A stretch of 64,000 bases of DNA, from NCBI GenBank assembly GCA_011525905.1, contig WYBK01000242.1:21153-85152 (forward strand). Reading direction: 5' to 3'. The notes under the pieces were generated by a model. That model ran no database searches. It saw only the letters and a program-made list of their open reading frames with translations, and was not told the origin of the DNA. This stretch comes from Acidobacteriota bacterium (GTDB lineage Bacteria > Acidobacteriota > Thermoanaerobaculia > Multivoradales > JAGPDF01). A program made the position numbers and the translations under genes. This document shows positions 37,500 through 46,644 of the stretch, piece by piece. How positions within the stretch are numbered: position 1 is the first letter of the stretch; every line of letters starts with the position of its first letter.

Positions 37500-38405
37500 T
37501 CAGTCGTGGGCCGCGCGGATCTCGGCGAGGATCTGCTCGAGGGCGCGGATCAGGTCGTCCCGGTCGACGGTCGACTGGCGAAAGCTCAGGTTGAGCGAGA
37601 AGGTCTTGTCGGGTGCTCGGAACTTGAAGATGTAAGGCTTGCGACGGGCGCTCTTCCCCTGCGCGCCGGCGACTCCCCGCGTGTCCCTACGGAGGTCGTC
37701 CCGGGTCAAGCCCCGTCGCCCGATGCGTTCGAGCAGCGCCCGCATCTCGTTCGGGCCCTTGGCCTTGGCGACCTCCAAGAGTGTCGAACGGCTCTCGATT
37801 CCGAGGGCTGCGGCTTCCTGGCGAAGCTCCTGGGGGATGCGCAGCAGGGAGAGCGTCTCGGCCACGGTCGAGCGCGACTTTCCGACAGCGCGAGCGATCT
37901 GCTCCTGCGTGTACCCGTGTGTCTCGGCCAGCAGCTGGAAGCCTCCGGCCTCCTCGAAGGGCGTCAGATCCTTGCGCTGCAGATTCTCGATCAGTGCGAT
38001 CTCGAGCGCCTGCTTCTCGCTCAGGTCCATCTCGATCACCGGGACTTCGAACAACCCGGCCTCGAGCGCGGCCCGGAATCGGCGCTCGCCGGAGACGATC
38101 GCATAGCGCGCGCCGGCCGGCCGGGCGCTGCCGGCCTCCGCGGCCGCAGCCGACGGAGCGACTCCGGGGAGCGGCCGGACGAGAATCGGTTCGAGAACGC
38201 CGTGCTCGCGGATCGAGGTCACCAGGTCGCTCAAGTCGCCCAGCTCTCGGCGCGGCTGGGCCGGGTCGGGGTCGATCGCCGAGAGCGGGACCATCTTCCC
38301 CACTGCGACCTCGTGCCGGTGCGCGAGCTCGTCGACGAAGTGGGCGGTGTGGCGCATCTTGACACGCAGAGGCAGACCCCGTTTGGCGGCCGGAGCTTCA
38401 GACAC
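37500..38405 (-). CDS. parB: Chromosome partitioning protein ParB
   Basis: The ParB N-terminal box (RYAIVSGERRFRAA), an HTH (QEQIARAVGKSRSTVAETL) and a C-terminal dimerisation domain. Confidence 0.9.
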   Translation of the reverse strand: MSEAPAAKRGLPLRVKMRHTAHFVDELAHRHEVAVGKMVPLSAIDPDPAQPRRELGDLSDLVTSIREHGVLEPILVRPLPGVAPSAAAAEAGSARPAGARYAIVSGERRFRAALEAGLFEVPVIEMDLSEKQALEIALIENLQRKDLTPFEEAGGFQLLAETHGYTQEQIARAVGKSRSTVAETLSLLRIPQELRQEAAALGIESRSTLLEVAKAKGPNEMRALLERIGRRGLTRDDLRRDTRGVAGAQGKSARRKPYIFKFRAPDKTFSLNLSFRQSTVDRDDLIRALEQILAEIRAAHD

Positions 38406-39156
38406 GGCTCAGCACCTCCTCGGAGAGCTTGTAGTACTCGTAGGCGCCGCTCGAACGGGGCGCGAAGGTGAAGATGGACTCCTTGTAGGCCGGGCTCTCC
38501 TCGAGGCGGACGCTCTTCGTGATCATGGTCTCGAAGAGCTTCTCACCGAAGACCCGTTGGATCTGGTCGACGATGTCGCGCGAGAGCAGCGTCCGCTTGT
38601 CGTGCAGGGTGATCACCGCTCCGAGGATCTGGAGCGCCGGATTGGCCCGCTGCTTGATCTTGTCGATAGTCTCGAGCAGATCGTCGGTCCCTTCGAGCGC
38701 GAAGTAGCTCGACTGAATCGGGATGAGCACGTGGCTCGAGGCGACGAGAGCGTTCACCGTGATGATCCCGAGGGTCGGGGGCGTGTCGAGCACCACGAAG
38801 TCGTAGTCGGCTTGGACCCGGTCGAGAGCGTCCTTCAGTCGGAAGTGGCTGTCGATCTCACCGAGCAGCTTCGATTCGATCTTCGCCAGCGCGATCGACG
38901 ATGGGGCGATCGCCAGATTCGGTACCTTCTCCGCCAGGCGAATGATGTCGGCCAGCGGAATCGAGCCGTCGGCGAGCACGTCGTAGATCGAGTGCGTGAG
39001 CGCATGGATGTCGAGGAACGACATCGAGCTGTTGGCTTGGGGGTCGAGATCCACCAAGAGAGTCCGCAGGCCCTTCGAAGCGAGGGCGGCGGCGAGGTTG
39101 ATGGCGGTGGTTGTCTTGCCGACACCGCCTTTCTGATTCGCGATCGCCAGGATCAT
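38398..39156 (-). CDS. parA: Chromosome partitioning ATPase ParA/Soj
   Basis: Deviant Walker A IANQKGGVGKTTTAINLAAAL. 252 aa. It overlaps parB by 8 nt. Confidence 0.95.
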   Translation of the reverse strand: MILAIANQKGGVGKTTTAINLAAALASKGLRTLLVDLDPQANSSMSFLDIHALTHSIYDVLADGSIPLADIIRLAEKVPNLAIAPSSIALAKIESKLLGEIDSHFRLKDALDRVQADYDFVVLDTPPTLGIITVNALVASSHVLIPIQSSYFALEGTDDLLETIDKIKQRANPALQILGAVITLHDKRTLLSRDIVDQIQRVFGEKLFETMITKSVRLEESPAYKESIFTFAPRSSGAYEYYKLSEEVLSRV

Positions 39157-39270
39157 GTGCGATCCGGAGTGTACGGAAGCGACCGGGGAGGGTCAAGGCG
39201 ATACGCTGCGGTGCCGTCGAGGCCCTGTCGGCGCGCCGACAATCCCCGCAAAGTCATGAAAAAGATAGCT

Positions 39271-39708
39271 TTATTGGGCTGCTCGAGACTCGGAACGATG
39301 CCATTCGGCACCGAGGTCGTCGTCTTCCTCGAGGCGCAGCCATGCGAGCGCCGAGGGCGTGGGGAGCGTCTGTAGCAGACGGTCGCGGATCCAGAGGACG
39401 AGGTTCTCCGAGCTCGGGATCGCCCCACCGGGTCCGAACTCCGGTAGCGCCTCGTTGAGATGGCGGTGGTCGAGGGGTTCCAGGACATTTCCCTGCACGA
39501 TCCGGTCGAGCTCGCCGAGATCCTGGACGAAGCCGGTCTGGGGGTCGGGCTCCCCCGCCATCGCGACCGTGAGTCGGTAGTTGTGTCCATGGCCTGGGAG
39601 AATGGCGCACTTGCCGAAGCGAGCCGAGTTCTCGGCGTCGCTCCACTCCGGTCGGCGATAGAGGTGGCTCGCGGAGAAGCGGTAACGGCGCACCAGCGCG
39701 ACGGTCAT
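39271..39708 (-). CDS. queD: 6-carboxy-5,6,7,8-tetrahydropterin synthase / 6-pyruvoyl-tetrahydropterin synthase family (QueD-like)
   Basis: Motifs CAILPGHGHNY (Cx5HGH) and ASHLY. About 145 aa from the ATG at 39708. Confidence 0.8.
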   Translation of the reverse strand: MTVALVRRYRFSASHLYRRPEWSDAENSARFGKCAILPGHGHNYRLTVAMAGEPDPQTGFVQDLGELDRIVQGNVLEPLDHRHLNEALPEFGPGGAIPSSENLVLWIRDRLLQTLPTPSALAWLRLEEDDDLGAEWHRSESRAAQ

Positions 39709-39754
39709 CGGGCTCCTCCTCGGGTCGGCCGCGGAACGGGAACGGCTCCTCCGC

Positions 39755-40561
39755 TCATTGCGGGCTCCCTCTGGGAACGCCTCGCCAGAGCTGGGAGCCA
39801 CCGGTCACCTCGAGCGCCGTCCCGGTCGTGAAATCGCACTCGGCGAGGAAGCGCACGGCCCGCGCGACGTGCTCGGGCTCACCGAGCCGGCCGAGAAGCG
39901 TGCGCGCGCGGATGGCCTCGCGCTCCTGCGCGGATGTTCCCTCCGGGAGCAGGACCGGCCCGGGGACGACCGCATTGACTCGGAAGCGCGGGGCCATCGC
40001 CTTGGCGAGCGCTCGGACCAGAGCGAGCAGGCCCGCCTTCGAGACGCTGTGAGCGAGGTAGCCCGGCCAGAGCTCGAGCGCGGCCGCATCCGCGATCGCG
40101 ATCAGGTCTCCCCCTTCCGCGCCGCGCCGCCGCGCCATGCCTTGGGCGATCAGGAAGCAGGAGCGGAGGTTGAGGGCGAGAACCCCGTCCCACTCGGCAG
40201 CGCTGGTCTCGAGCAGCGTGCCTCGCCGGAAGCTCGCCGCAGCGTGAACGACCAGATCGGCATGACGGCCGCCACTGACCTCGCGGGCGCCGTCGAGGAG
40301 CTGCTCGGCGCCGTCTGGCTGCTCGAGATCGGCGAGCACGACGCCGCCCGGTCTCGCGAGCTCGCTCTGCAGCGCGCGCGCCTCCGTTTCCGAATTCCGG
40401 GCGTGGATGATGACTCGTGCGCCGGCGGCGTCGAGCTCGCGCACGATCGCGGCACCCACTCGCCGGGCTCCGCCCGTGACCAGGGCGAGCCGACCCTGCA
40501 GCCCGCCCCTTCTTCCGCCCGATCGTCCGGTCACCGCCCCCGTATAATCCTCGCCCCCCAT
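39755..40561 (-). CDS. Short-chain dehydrogenase/reductase (SDR); possible pteridine/sepiapterin-reductase-like partner of QueD-like gene
   Basis: Rossmann TGGARRVG, a YxxxK-like catalytic region (YLAHSVSKAGL) and NAVVPGPV. The true start is probably internal (near LQGRLALVTGG), because the annotated 5' end reaches the divergent lptFG start. Confidence 0.7.
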   Translation of the reverse strand: MGGEDYTGAVTGRSGGRRGGLQGRLALVTGGARRVGAAIVRELDAAGARVIIHARNSETEARALQSELARPGGVVLADLEQPDGAEQLLDGAREVSGGRHADLVVHAAASFRRGTLLETSAAEWDGVLALNLRSCFLIAQGMARRRGAEGGDLIAIADAAALELWPGYLAHSVSKAGLLALVRALAKAMAPRFRVNAVVPGPVLLPEGTSAQEREAIRARTLLGRLGEPEHVARAVRFLAECDFTTGTALEVTGGSQLWRGVPRGSPQ

Positions 40562-42959
40562 GCGTCGCCTCGACCGGTACGTGCTCTCGGAGATCGTCGG
40601 CCCTCTCGGCCTGGGGTTGCTAGTCTACACGTCGATTCTCCTCGTCCAGACCTTCTTCCGCTTCGCGGAGACGATCATTCGCCGCGGCGTCCCGGCCGCG
40701 ACGGTCGGTGAGCTCCTGCTCTACTCGCTGCCCAACATCGTCGTCCTGACGCTGCCGATGTCGCTGTTGCTCGGCGTCCTGCTCGGCGTCGGCCGGCTCG
40801 CTTCGGACAGCGAGCTGATCGCCATCCGTGCCTCGGGAGTCAGCGTCTACCGCCTGCTCAGGCCGATCCTCCTGCTGTCCGCGCTGATGATGACCGCGAG
40901 CGGCCTCCTGATGCACTTGGCGATGCCCACCGGCAACGCGGCGGTTTCCCGGCTGATGCTCGACATCGCCACGCGCACGATCGGCCAACAGCTCGAGCCG
41001 GGAGTCTTCTACACGGAGTTCCGTGGCAAGACGCTCTTCGTCTTCGAGATCGCGCCGGACGGCGCATGGAACGGCGTCTTTCTGGCCGATTCAGTACCGA
41101 CCGAGCGCAACAGCGTGCTCGTGGCCCGCAGCGGCCGCCTCTCTACGGACGCGAGCGGCGAACGGCTGATCCTCCAGCTTCAGGACGCCGTCGAGCACAA
41201 TTACGACTTCACCCGGCCGGAGAGCTACGAAACGCGGCGTCACGAGGTCTTCCGGACGATCCTCAAGGACCAGTTCGCCACCGAGGAACGGGCACGCATC
41301 TCGCGGCGGAAGAACGTCCGGTCGCTCACCTATCGCGAGTACCAGGAGCTCGCCCTCGACCCGAAGGCTACCGCCGAGGAGCGCAACCTCGGCCGCATCG
41401 GCATGCACAAGATGTTCTCCATTCCAGCGGCCTGCCTGGTGCTCGGCTGGCTCGCGCTGCCGCTCGGCTTCACCAATCGGCGAGGGGGCAAGTCGACCGG
41501 CTTCGCGCTCTCGATCGGCATCGTCGTCGCCTACCACGTCATGATCACCCAGGGGGAGGAGGCTGCGACCTTCGGGCGCCTCTCCCCGGCCCTGGCGATG
41601 TGGCTGCCGAACCTCGTCCTCGGCGGCATCGGGGCGCTTCTCCTGGTCCTGCGCGACCGCGACCGTTCCCTGCTGCCGCGAGCTCTCACCCGATGGCGCG
41701 GTTGGCAGCCGGCTCGGGCCCGGCTCGCCGGCGCCGCGCGAGCCTGGCTTTCCAGGCCGGGCGGGCTCGCCGGGCGCGCGAGCCGCACGCCGACGGATCC
41801 GACCCGGTCGGACGCCGCTCCCGCCGGCGGCAGCGGCCGTATCGTGCTGCGGGTGCCGCGCCCGCGCTTGCGCTTCCCCAACCGGCTCGATCGCTACGTC
41901 CTCTATCGCATGGGTGCGATCTTCCTGCTCGTGCTCGCTTCGGCGGTCTCGCTCTCGATCATCGCGGACCTGACCGACAACTTCGACGACATCCTCCGCA
42001 ACCAGGTCGACACCTCGACCGTGGTGCGGTACTACAAGTACAAGTCGCTTCAACTCGCTTACGAGGTGTTGCCGATCTGCGCCCTGGTCACCACTCTGGT
42101 CGCGTTCGGGCTCCTCTCGCGCACCAACGAGGTGGTGGCCGCCCGTTCGGTGGGCATCAGCCTGTACCGACTGGCGCTTCCGGCCCTCTTCGGCGCGCTC
42201 CTCCTCGCGACCCTCTCGGCTTACCTGCAGTCGCAGATCCTGCCGGTGTCCAATCAGAAGGTCGCGGAGGCCGCCGATCGGATCAAGGGGCGCTCCGCGC
42301 AGCGGGTGCTGCGCGGCCCGGACAAGCAGTGGCTCTTCGGGCAAGGGCGTTACCTCTACAACTTCCTCCACTTCGATCCCGGCGACGCCCGCCTGGACCG
42401 GCTCCAGGTCTTCGAGTTCGACGCCGATCGCCAATTGAGCGCGCGGCTCCTGGCCGATCGAGCGAGCTTCGGCGAATCGGGTTGGATCGTCGAGGGGGGA
42501 TGGGCCCGCACCTTCCGGGGACGCGAACAGCTTCAGTTTCGGCCGCTCGACAAACCGATTCGCGTGGATCTCCCCGAGGGGCCCGAGTACTTCCAGGCCT
42601 CGGAGCCGCGACCCGACCAAATGACTTTCGGTCAGTTAGCCGCCCACGTCCGCGAGCTCCGCGCTTCCGGGCAGCGCCGGCCGGAGCTCGAGGTGGCGCT
42701 GCAGAGCAAGCTCGCCTTCCCCTTCGGAGCGGTCGTGATGACGCTCGTCGCCCTCCCCTTCTCCTTCCGACTCGAGCGGCGCGGCGCGCTCTACGGGCTC
42801 GGGCTGTCCGTCGTTCTCGGCATGGTATTCATGGCGGTCTATGCGCTGTTCAAGACCCTGGGCGAGGTGGGAGTCTTCCCGGCGGCGATCGCCATCTGGA
42901 GCCCGGCGCTCCTCTTCACGCTCTTCGGCTCCTATCTCTTTCTCGGCGTGCGCAGCTGA
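40560..42959 (+). CDS. Fused LptF-LptG LPS export permease (two YjgP/YjgQ domains in one 799-aa ORF)
   Basis: Residues 1-370 show an LptF-like N-terminus (MRRLDRYVLSEIVGPL...) and residues 440-799 an LptG-like N-terminus (NRLDRYVLYRMGAIFLL...). Each half has about 6 TM helices plus a periplasmic beta-jellyroll insert. The Arg-rich linker of about 70 aa has no stop codon. Confidence 0.8.
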   Translation: MRRLDRYVLSEIVGPLGLGLLVYTSILLVQTFFRFAETIIRRGVPAATVGELLLYSLPNIVVLTLPMSLLLGVLLGVGRLASDSELIAIRASGVSVYRLLRPILLLSALMMTASGLLMHLAMPTGNAAVSRLMLDIATRTIGQQLEPGVFYTEFRGKTLFVFEIAPDGAWNGVFLADSVPTERNSVLVARSGRLSTDASGERLILQLQDAVEHNYDFTRPESYETRRHEVFRTILKDQFATEERARISRRKNVRSLTYREYQELALDPKATAEERNLGRIGMHKMFSIPAACLVLGWLALPLGFTNRRGGKSTGFALSIGIVVAYHVMITQGEEAATFGRLSPALAMWLPNLVLGGIGALLLVLRDRDRSLLPRALTRWRGWQPARARLAGAARAWLSRPGGLAGRASRTPTDPTRSDAAPAGGSGRIVLRVPRPRLRFPNRLDRYVLYRMGAIFLLVLASAVSLSIIADLTDNFDDILRNQVDTSTVVRYYKYKSLQLAYEVLPICALVTTLVAFGLLSRTNEVVAARSVGISLYRLALPALFGALLLATLSAYLQSQILPVSNQKVAEAADRIKGRSAQRVLRGPDKQWLFGQGRYLYNFLHFDPGDARLDRLQVFEFDADRQLSARLLADRASFGESGWIVEGGWARTFRGREQLQFRPLDKPIRVDLPEGPEYFQASEPRPDQMTFGQLAAHVRELRASGQRRPELEVALQSKLAFPFGAVVMTLVALPFSFRLERRGALYGLGLSVVLGMVFMAVYALFKTLGEVGVFPAAIAIWSPALLFTLFGSYLFLGVRS

Positions 42960-42980
42960 GCGCGGCCGCCGCGCGACCGC

Positions 42981-44738
42981 TCAGCGCGTCGAGGGCCGCA
43001 GGAGTTCGCGCGCACGCCCGCGGCGGTCCGCGAAGTGGCCCTCGACCTCGGCGAGAGAGCGCGTGTTGAGCACCTGCGCGGCCGCGGCGCCGGCCTTGCG
43101 CGCGATCGCCACTCCCCAATCGACGTCGCGCAGCCCGGCCACCGAATGGGCGTCCGGGTGGATCGACGTCGCGCAGCCTCGGCGGAGCCAGCCCCGCAAC
43201 GGCCGCCAGTCGAGGTCGAGCCGGTGGGGATTGGCGTTGAGCTCGACGATCACTCCCCGCTCGGCGGCCGCGTCGAGGACCGCGTCCAGATCGAGCTCGT
43301 AGCCCTCGCGCGCCAGGAGGAGACGTCCGGTCGGGTGACCGAGGAAGGTGACGCAGGGGTGGGAAACCGCGCGCACCAGGCGCGCGGTCATCTCTGCGAC
43401 AGGCAGGCGGAAGCGCGAGTGCACCGAGGCGACCACGTAGTCGAAGCCGAGCAGGAGCTCGTCGTCGAAGTCGAGCGCGCCATCGAGGAGGATGTCGCAC
43501 TCGATCCCCTTGAAGAGCCGGGGCGGGCGGCCGCGCTGGTTCCACTCGTCGATCTCTCGCCATTGCGCGCGAACCTGGTCGGGGGAGAGGCCGCCGGCGT
43601 AGGCGGCGGAGCGCGAGTGATCCGCGATGCCGAGGTAGCCCCAGCCGAGAGCCGCGGCGCCCTCGGCCATCTCGGCGAGCGAGGCGCGTCCGTCGCTCCA
43701 GGTGGTGTGGACGTGGAAGGTGCCGGTCAGGTCCGCGCGCTCGATCAGGACCGGCAGCTCTCCCCGCTCGGCTAGCTCGATCTCGTCCAGGCCCTCGCGC
43801 AGCTCGGGAGCGATGAAGGCCAGCCCGAGCCGCTCGAACAGCTCCGCTTCGCTGCGGACCCGAAGCCGCTCCTCGCCGCGGAACATGCCGTACTCGTTGA
43901 CCGTCAGGCCGACTCGTTTGGCGCGGCTGCGGATCAGGACGTTGTGTTCCTTGCTGCCCGTGAAATGGTGGAGCGCGGCGGCGAACTCCTCTTCGTCGAC
44001 CATCCGCAGGTCGGACTGGAAACCGCCGAGCAGCTGCAGCGAGACCTTGGTCGAGCCCGAGCCGAGAACGCGGTCGACGCCGTCGGCCCCGGCGAAGTGC
44101 TGCGCGACCGCCTCGCGATCGCTGGCGGCGACCGCCGCCACCATGTCCAAGTCGCCGATCGTCTCGCGACGCCGGCGCAGGCTGCCGGCGATCTCGGCGC
44201 GCGCGACGTGGGGACTCGCGAGCAAGTGCGCCAGGATCCGCTCCGCTGCGGGCAGCGCGTCCGAGATCAGGTGGCGCGCCTCGTAGCGGCGCAGGCTCTC
44301 GAGGGCGGCGAGGATGGCCGCTTGGCTCTTGGCGCCGAAACCGGGCAGCCCGGCGATCCGCCCCGCTCGACAGGCCGCCTCGAGGTCGGCGAGCGAGCCG
44401 ATGCCGAGCTCGCGATGCAGGATGCGGATCTTCTTCGGCCCGAGACCGCCCACTCGGAAGAGGTCGAGCAGTCCCGGCGGGTACTTCGCGGCGAGGTCAG
44501 CGCGTAGCTGGAGCTTGCCGGTCTGCAGGATCTCGGCGATCGCCGCCACCAGCCCGGCGCCGATGCCGCGGACCTCGGCGAGGGTACCCGCCTCGAGCAA
44601 CTCCTGCGGCTCCTCGGCGAGCCCCTCGATCGCGCGCGCGGCGTTCTCGTAAGCGCGGACGCGGAAGGGGTTCTCCCCTTCCAGCTCGAGCAGGGTGGCG
44701 ACCTCGCGCAGGACGCGAGCGACGATTCCGCGTTGCAC
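42981..44738 (-). CDS. polX: DNA polymerase X family protein with C-terminal PHP phosphoesterase domain
   Basis: An N-terminal Pol-beta-like region with HhH motifs (VRGIGAGL, LPGFGAKS), a nucleotidyltransferase GS..RRRRETIGDLD motif, and a C-terminal PHP (HVHTTWSDG, IADHS). Confidence 0.9.
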   Translation of the reverse strand: MQRGIVARVLREVATLLELEGENPFRVRAYENAARAIEGLAEEPQELLEAGTLAEVRGIGAGLVAAIAEILQTGKLQLRADLAAKYPPGLLDLFRVGGLGPKKIRILHRELGIGSLADLEAACRAGRIAGLPGFGAKSQAAILAALESLRRYEARHLISDALPAAERILAHLLASPHVARAEIAGSLRRRRETIGDLDMVAAVAASDREAVAQHFAGADGVDRVLGSGSTKVSLQLLGGFQSDLRMVDEEEFAAALHHFTGSKEHNVLIRSRAKRVGLTVNEYGMFRGEERLRVRSEAELFERLGLAFIAPELREGLDEIELAERGELPVLIERADLTGTFHVHTTWSDGRASLAEMAEGAAALGWGYLGIADHSRSAAYAGGLSPDQVRAQWREIDEWNQRGRPPRLFKGIECDILLDGALDFDDELLLGFDYVVASVHSRFRLPVAEMTARLVRAVSHPCVTFLGHPTGRLLLAREGYELDLDAVLDAAAERGVIVELNANPHRLDLDWRPLRGWLRRGCATSIHPDAHSVAGLRDVDWGVAIARKAGAAAAQVLNTRSLAEVEGHFADRRGRARELLRPSTR

Positions 44739-44776
44739 GCCCCCTCCTCCTCGCGGCTCCGGAGCGCGCCGCGGGC

Positions 44777-45955
44777 TCAGCCGGCGAGCGCGGGCAGAGC
44801 GCCCCGCAGACCGGCGGCCGCGCGCAACTCGGTGGCCCGTCCGGTCCCTTCCCAGGTGAATCCGGGTTCCTCCCGGCCGAAGTGGCCGTAGGCGGCGGTC
44901 GGACGGTAGATCGGGCGGCGCAGGTCGAGGTAGTCGATGATCCCCTTCGGGGTCAGCGGGAAGAACTCGCGCACCAGCGCCTCGAGCCGCCCCTCCGGAA
45001 TCTCGCCGCTACCGAACGAGTCGATGCGCACCGAGACCGGTTCGGCGACTCCGATCGCGTAGGCGAGCTGCACCTCGACGCGCTCCGCCAGCCCGGCCGC
45101 GACCAGGTTCTTGGCGATGTGTCGCGCCATGTAGGTGGCGGAGCGATCGACCTTCGTCGGGTCCTTCCCCGAGAAAGCGCCGCCGCCGTGGCGGCCGTAG
45201 CCGCCGTAGGTGTCGACGATGATCTTGCGTCCGGTCAGCCCCGAGTCGCCATGCGGCCCACCGACCACGAACTTGCCCGTCGGGTTGACGTGGAGGATCG
45301 TCTCCTCGTCGAGCAGCGACGGCGGGATGACGGGCCGGACGATCGCTTCGAGCACCTGGGCCTCGATCGCATCGTGACCCAGCGTGTCGGCGTGCTGGGT
45401 CGAGACGACCACGGTGTGGACACGACGCGGTTTGCCCTCGGCGTACTCGACCGTGACCTGGCTCTTGCCGTCGGGGCGCAACCAGGGGAGCTCGCCCCGG
45501 TGCCGCGCCTCGGCGAGCCGCCGAGTCAGTCCGTGCGCGAGCATGATCGGCAGCGGCATCAGCTGAGGGGTCTCGCGGCAGGCGAAGCCGAACATCAGAC
45601 CCTGGTCCCCCGCCCCGCCGGTGTCGACGCCCATGGCGATGTCGGGCGACTGGCGGCCGATCGAGTTGACCACGGCGCAACCCTCGCAGTCGAACCCGAG
45701 TCCCGACTCGACATAGCCGATGTCCCGGATGGTGTCGCGCGCGACCCTGAGAAAGTCGACCGTTCCGACGGTCGTGATCTCGCCGGCGAGCAGGACGAGC
45801 CCGGTGGCGACCAGGGTCTCGCAGGCCACGCGCCCCGTCGGATCCTGCTTGAGCACCTCGTCGAGGACGGCGTCCGAGATCTGGTCGCAGATCTTATCCG
45901 GATGGCCCTCGGTGACCGACTCCGACGTGAACAGCTCCGCTTCGCGTGAAACCAT
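44777..45955 (-). CDS. metK: S-adenosylmethionine synthetase
   Basis: [38 protein letters not shown] and a hexapeptide region. 392 aa. Confidence 0.95.
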   Translation of the reverse strand: MVSREAELFTSESVTEGHPDKICDQISDAVLDEVLKQDPTGRVACETLVATGLVLLAGEITTVGTVDFLRVARDTIRDIGYVESGLGFDCEGCAVVNSIGRQSPDIAMGVDTGGAGDQGLMFGFACRETPQLMPLPIMLAHGLTRRLAEARHRGELPWLRPDGKSQVTVEYAEGKPRRVHTVVVSTQHADTLGHDAIEAQVLEAIVRPVIPPSLLDEETILHVNPTGKFVVGGPHGDSGLTGRKIIVDTYGGYGRHGGGAFSGKDPTKVDRSATYMARHIAKNLVAAGLAERVEVQLAYAIGVAEPVSVRIDSFGSGEIPEGRLEALVREFFPLTPKGIIDYLDLRRPIYRPTAAYGHFGREEPGFTWEGTGRATELRAAAGLRGALPALAG

Positions 45956-46044
45956 GCTGGGAATCCTCGCTCGGTACGGGCTACGAGATCAGGGGCTGCG
46001 GGCGGGCCCGCGCTGCCGGCCCGGCGAGTTTAGCAGAGCGACGG

Positions 46045-46644
46045 TCACCGCCTCGACTCGGGTCGGCCCTCCAGGATCCCGTAGAACAGGGTCGACAGGG
46101 CGTGCAGCGTCGCCTCGGCGATCGCCTCGCGCCGCCCTTTGAGCCCGCCGGTGAGCGAGGCGATGATGCCGCCGGCCCGTCGCGTGCCGGGCACCGCGGT
46201 CTGCGCGGCCCCGCCGGCCACCCCAGCCACCAGGTCGTCGGGCAACTGGATCGAGCCGCTCGAGCCGTAGGCGACTCCGGCCACTCCCGCGATCACGGTC
46301 CAATAGCGGACGAACCAGTGGGGCGTGCCGCCGACCTCGACGACGTGCACGCAGGGCTCGCTGGCCAGGTAGAAATGGTAGGTGCCGGGCAGCCGCGCCT
46401 CGAGCGCGCGGGCGGCGCTGCGCGCGAGGTCGATCGCGTCGGCGTCGGAGGGCGCCAGGCCGGTCGGCCGGTCGCCCGACTCCTGCGGTACGACGGCGAC
46501 CGGCGCCGGTCGCCCGACGGCGTCGTTGAAGAACCGGCGGAAAGCGTCGCGCACGCCGAAGAGCGTGTCGGCCGCCGTGCCTGCAACGCAGACCTCGATC
46601 CCGCGTTGGAAGTGGCCGAGGAAGTCCCTAAGATCCGAAGCCAT
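46045..46644 (-). CDS. Inosine/xanthosine triphosphatase-like (DUF84/YjjX, Maf-Ham1 superfamily)
   Basis: CVAGTAADTLFGVRDAFRRFF...VVPQESGDRPTGLAPSDADAIDLARSAARAL follows the YjjX layout. About 199 aa from the ATG at 46644. The larger ORF 46045..46938 is probably an over-extension. Confidence 0.55.
   Translation of the reverse strand: MASDLRDFLGHFQRGIEVCVAGTAADTLFGVRDAFRRFFNDAVGRPAPVAVVPQESGDRPTGLAPSDADAIDLARSAARALEARLPGTYHFYLASEPCVHVVEVGGTPHWFVRYWTVIAGVAGVAYGSSGSIQLPDDLVAGVAGGAAQTAVPGTRRAGGIIASLTGGLKGRREAIAEATLHALSTLFYGILEGRPESRR

Noticed and set aside
37197-39270. parS sites near parAB
   Set aside because: I searched by eye for TGTTNCACGTGAAACA-like palindromes in both flanks of parAB and found none. 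They may lie outside the window or be degenerate.
45956-46044. SAM riboswitch in the metK 5' leader
   Set aside because: The leader is only about 89 nt and I could not recognise SAM-I/SAM-II consensus elements. This is not supportable without a covariance-model search (Rfam cmscan would decide).
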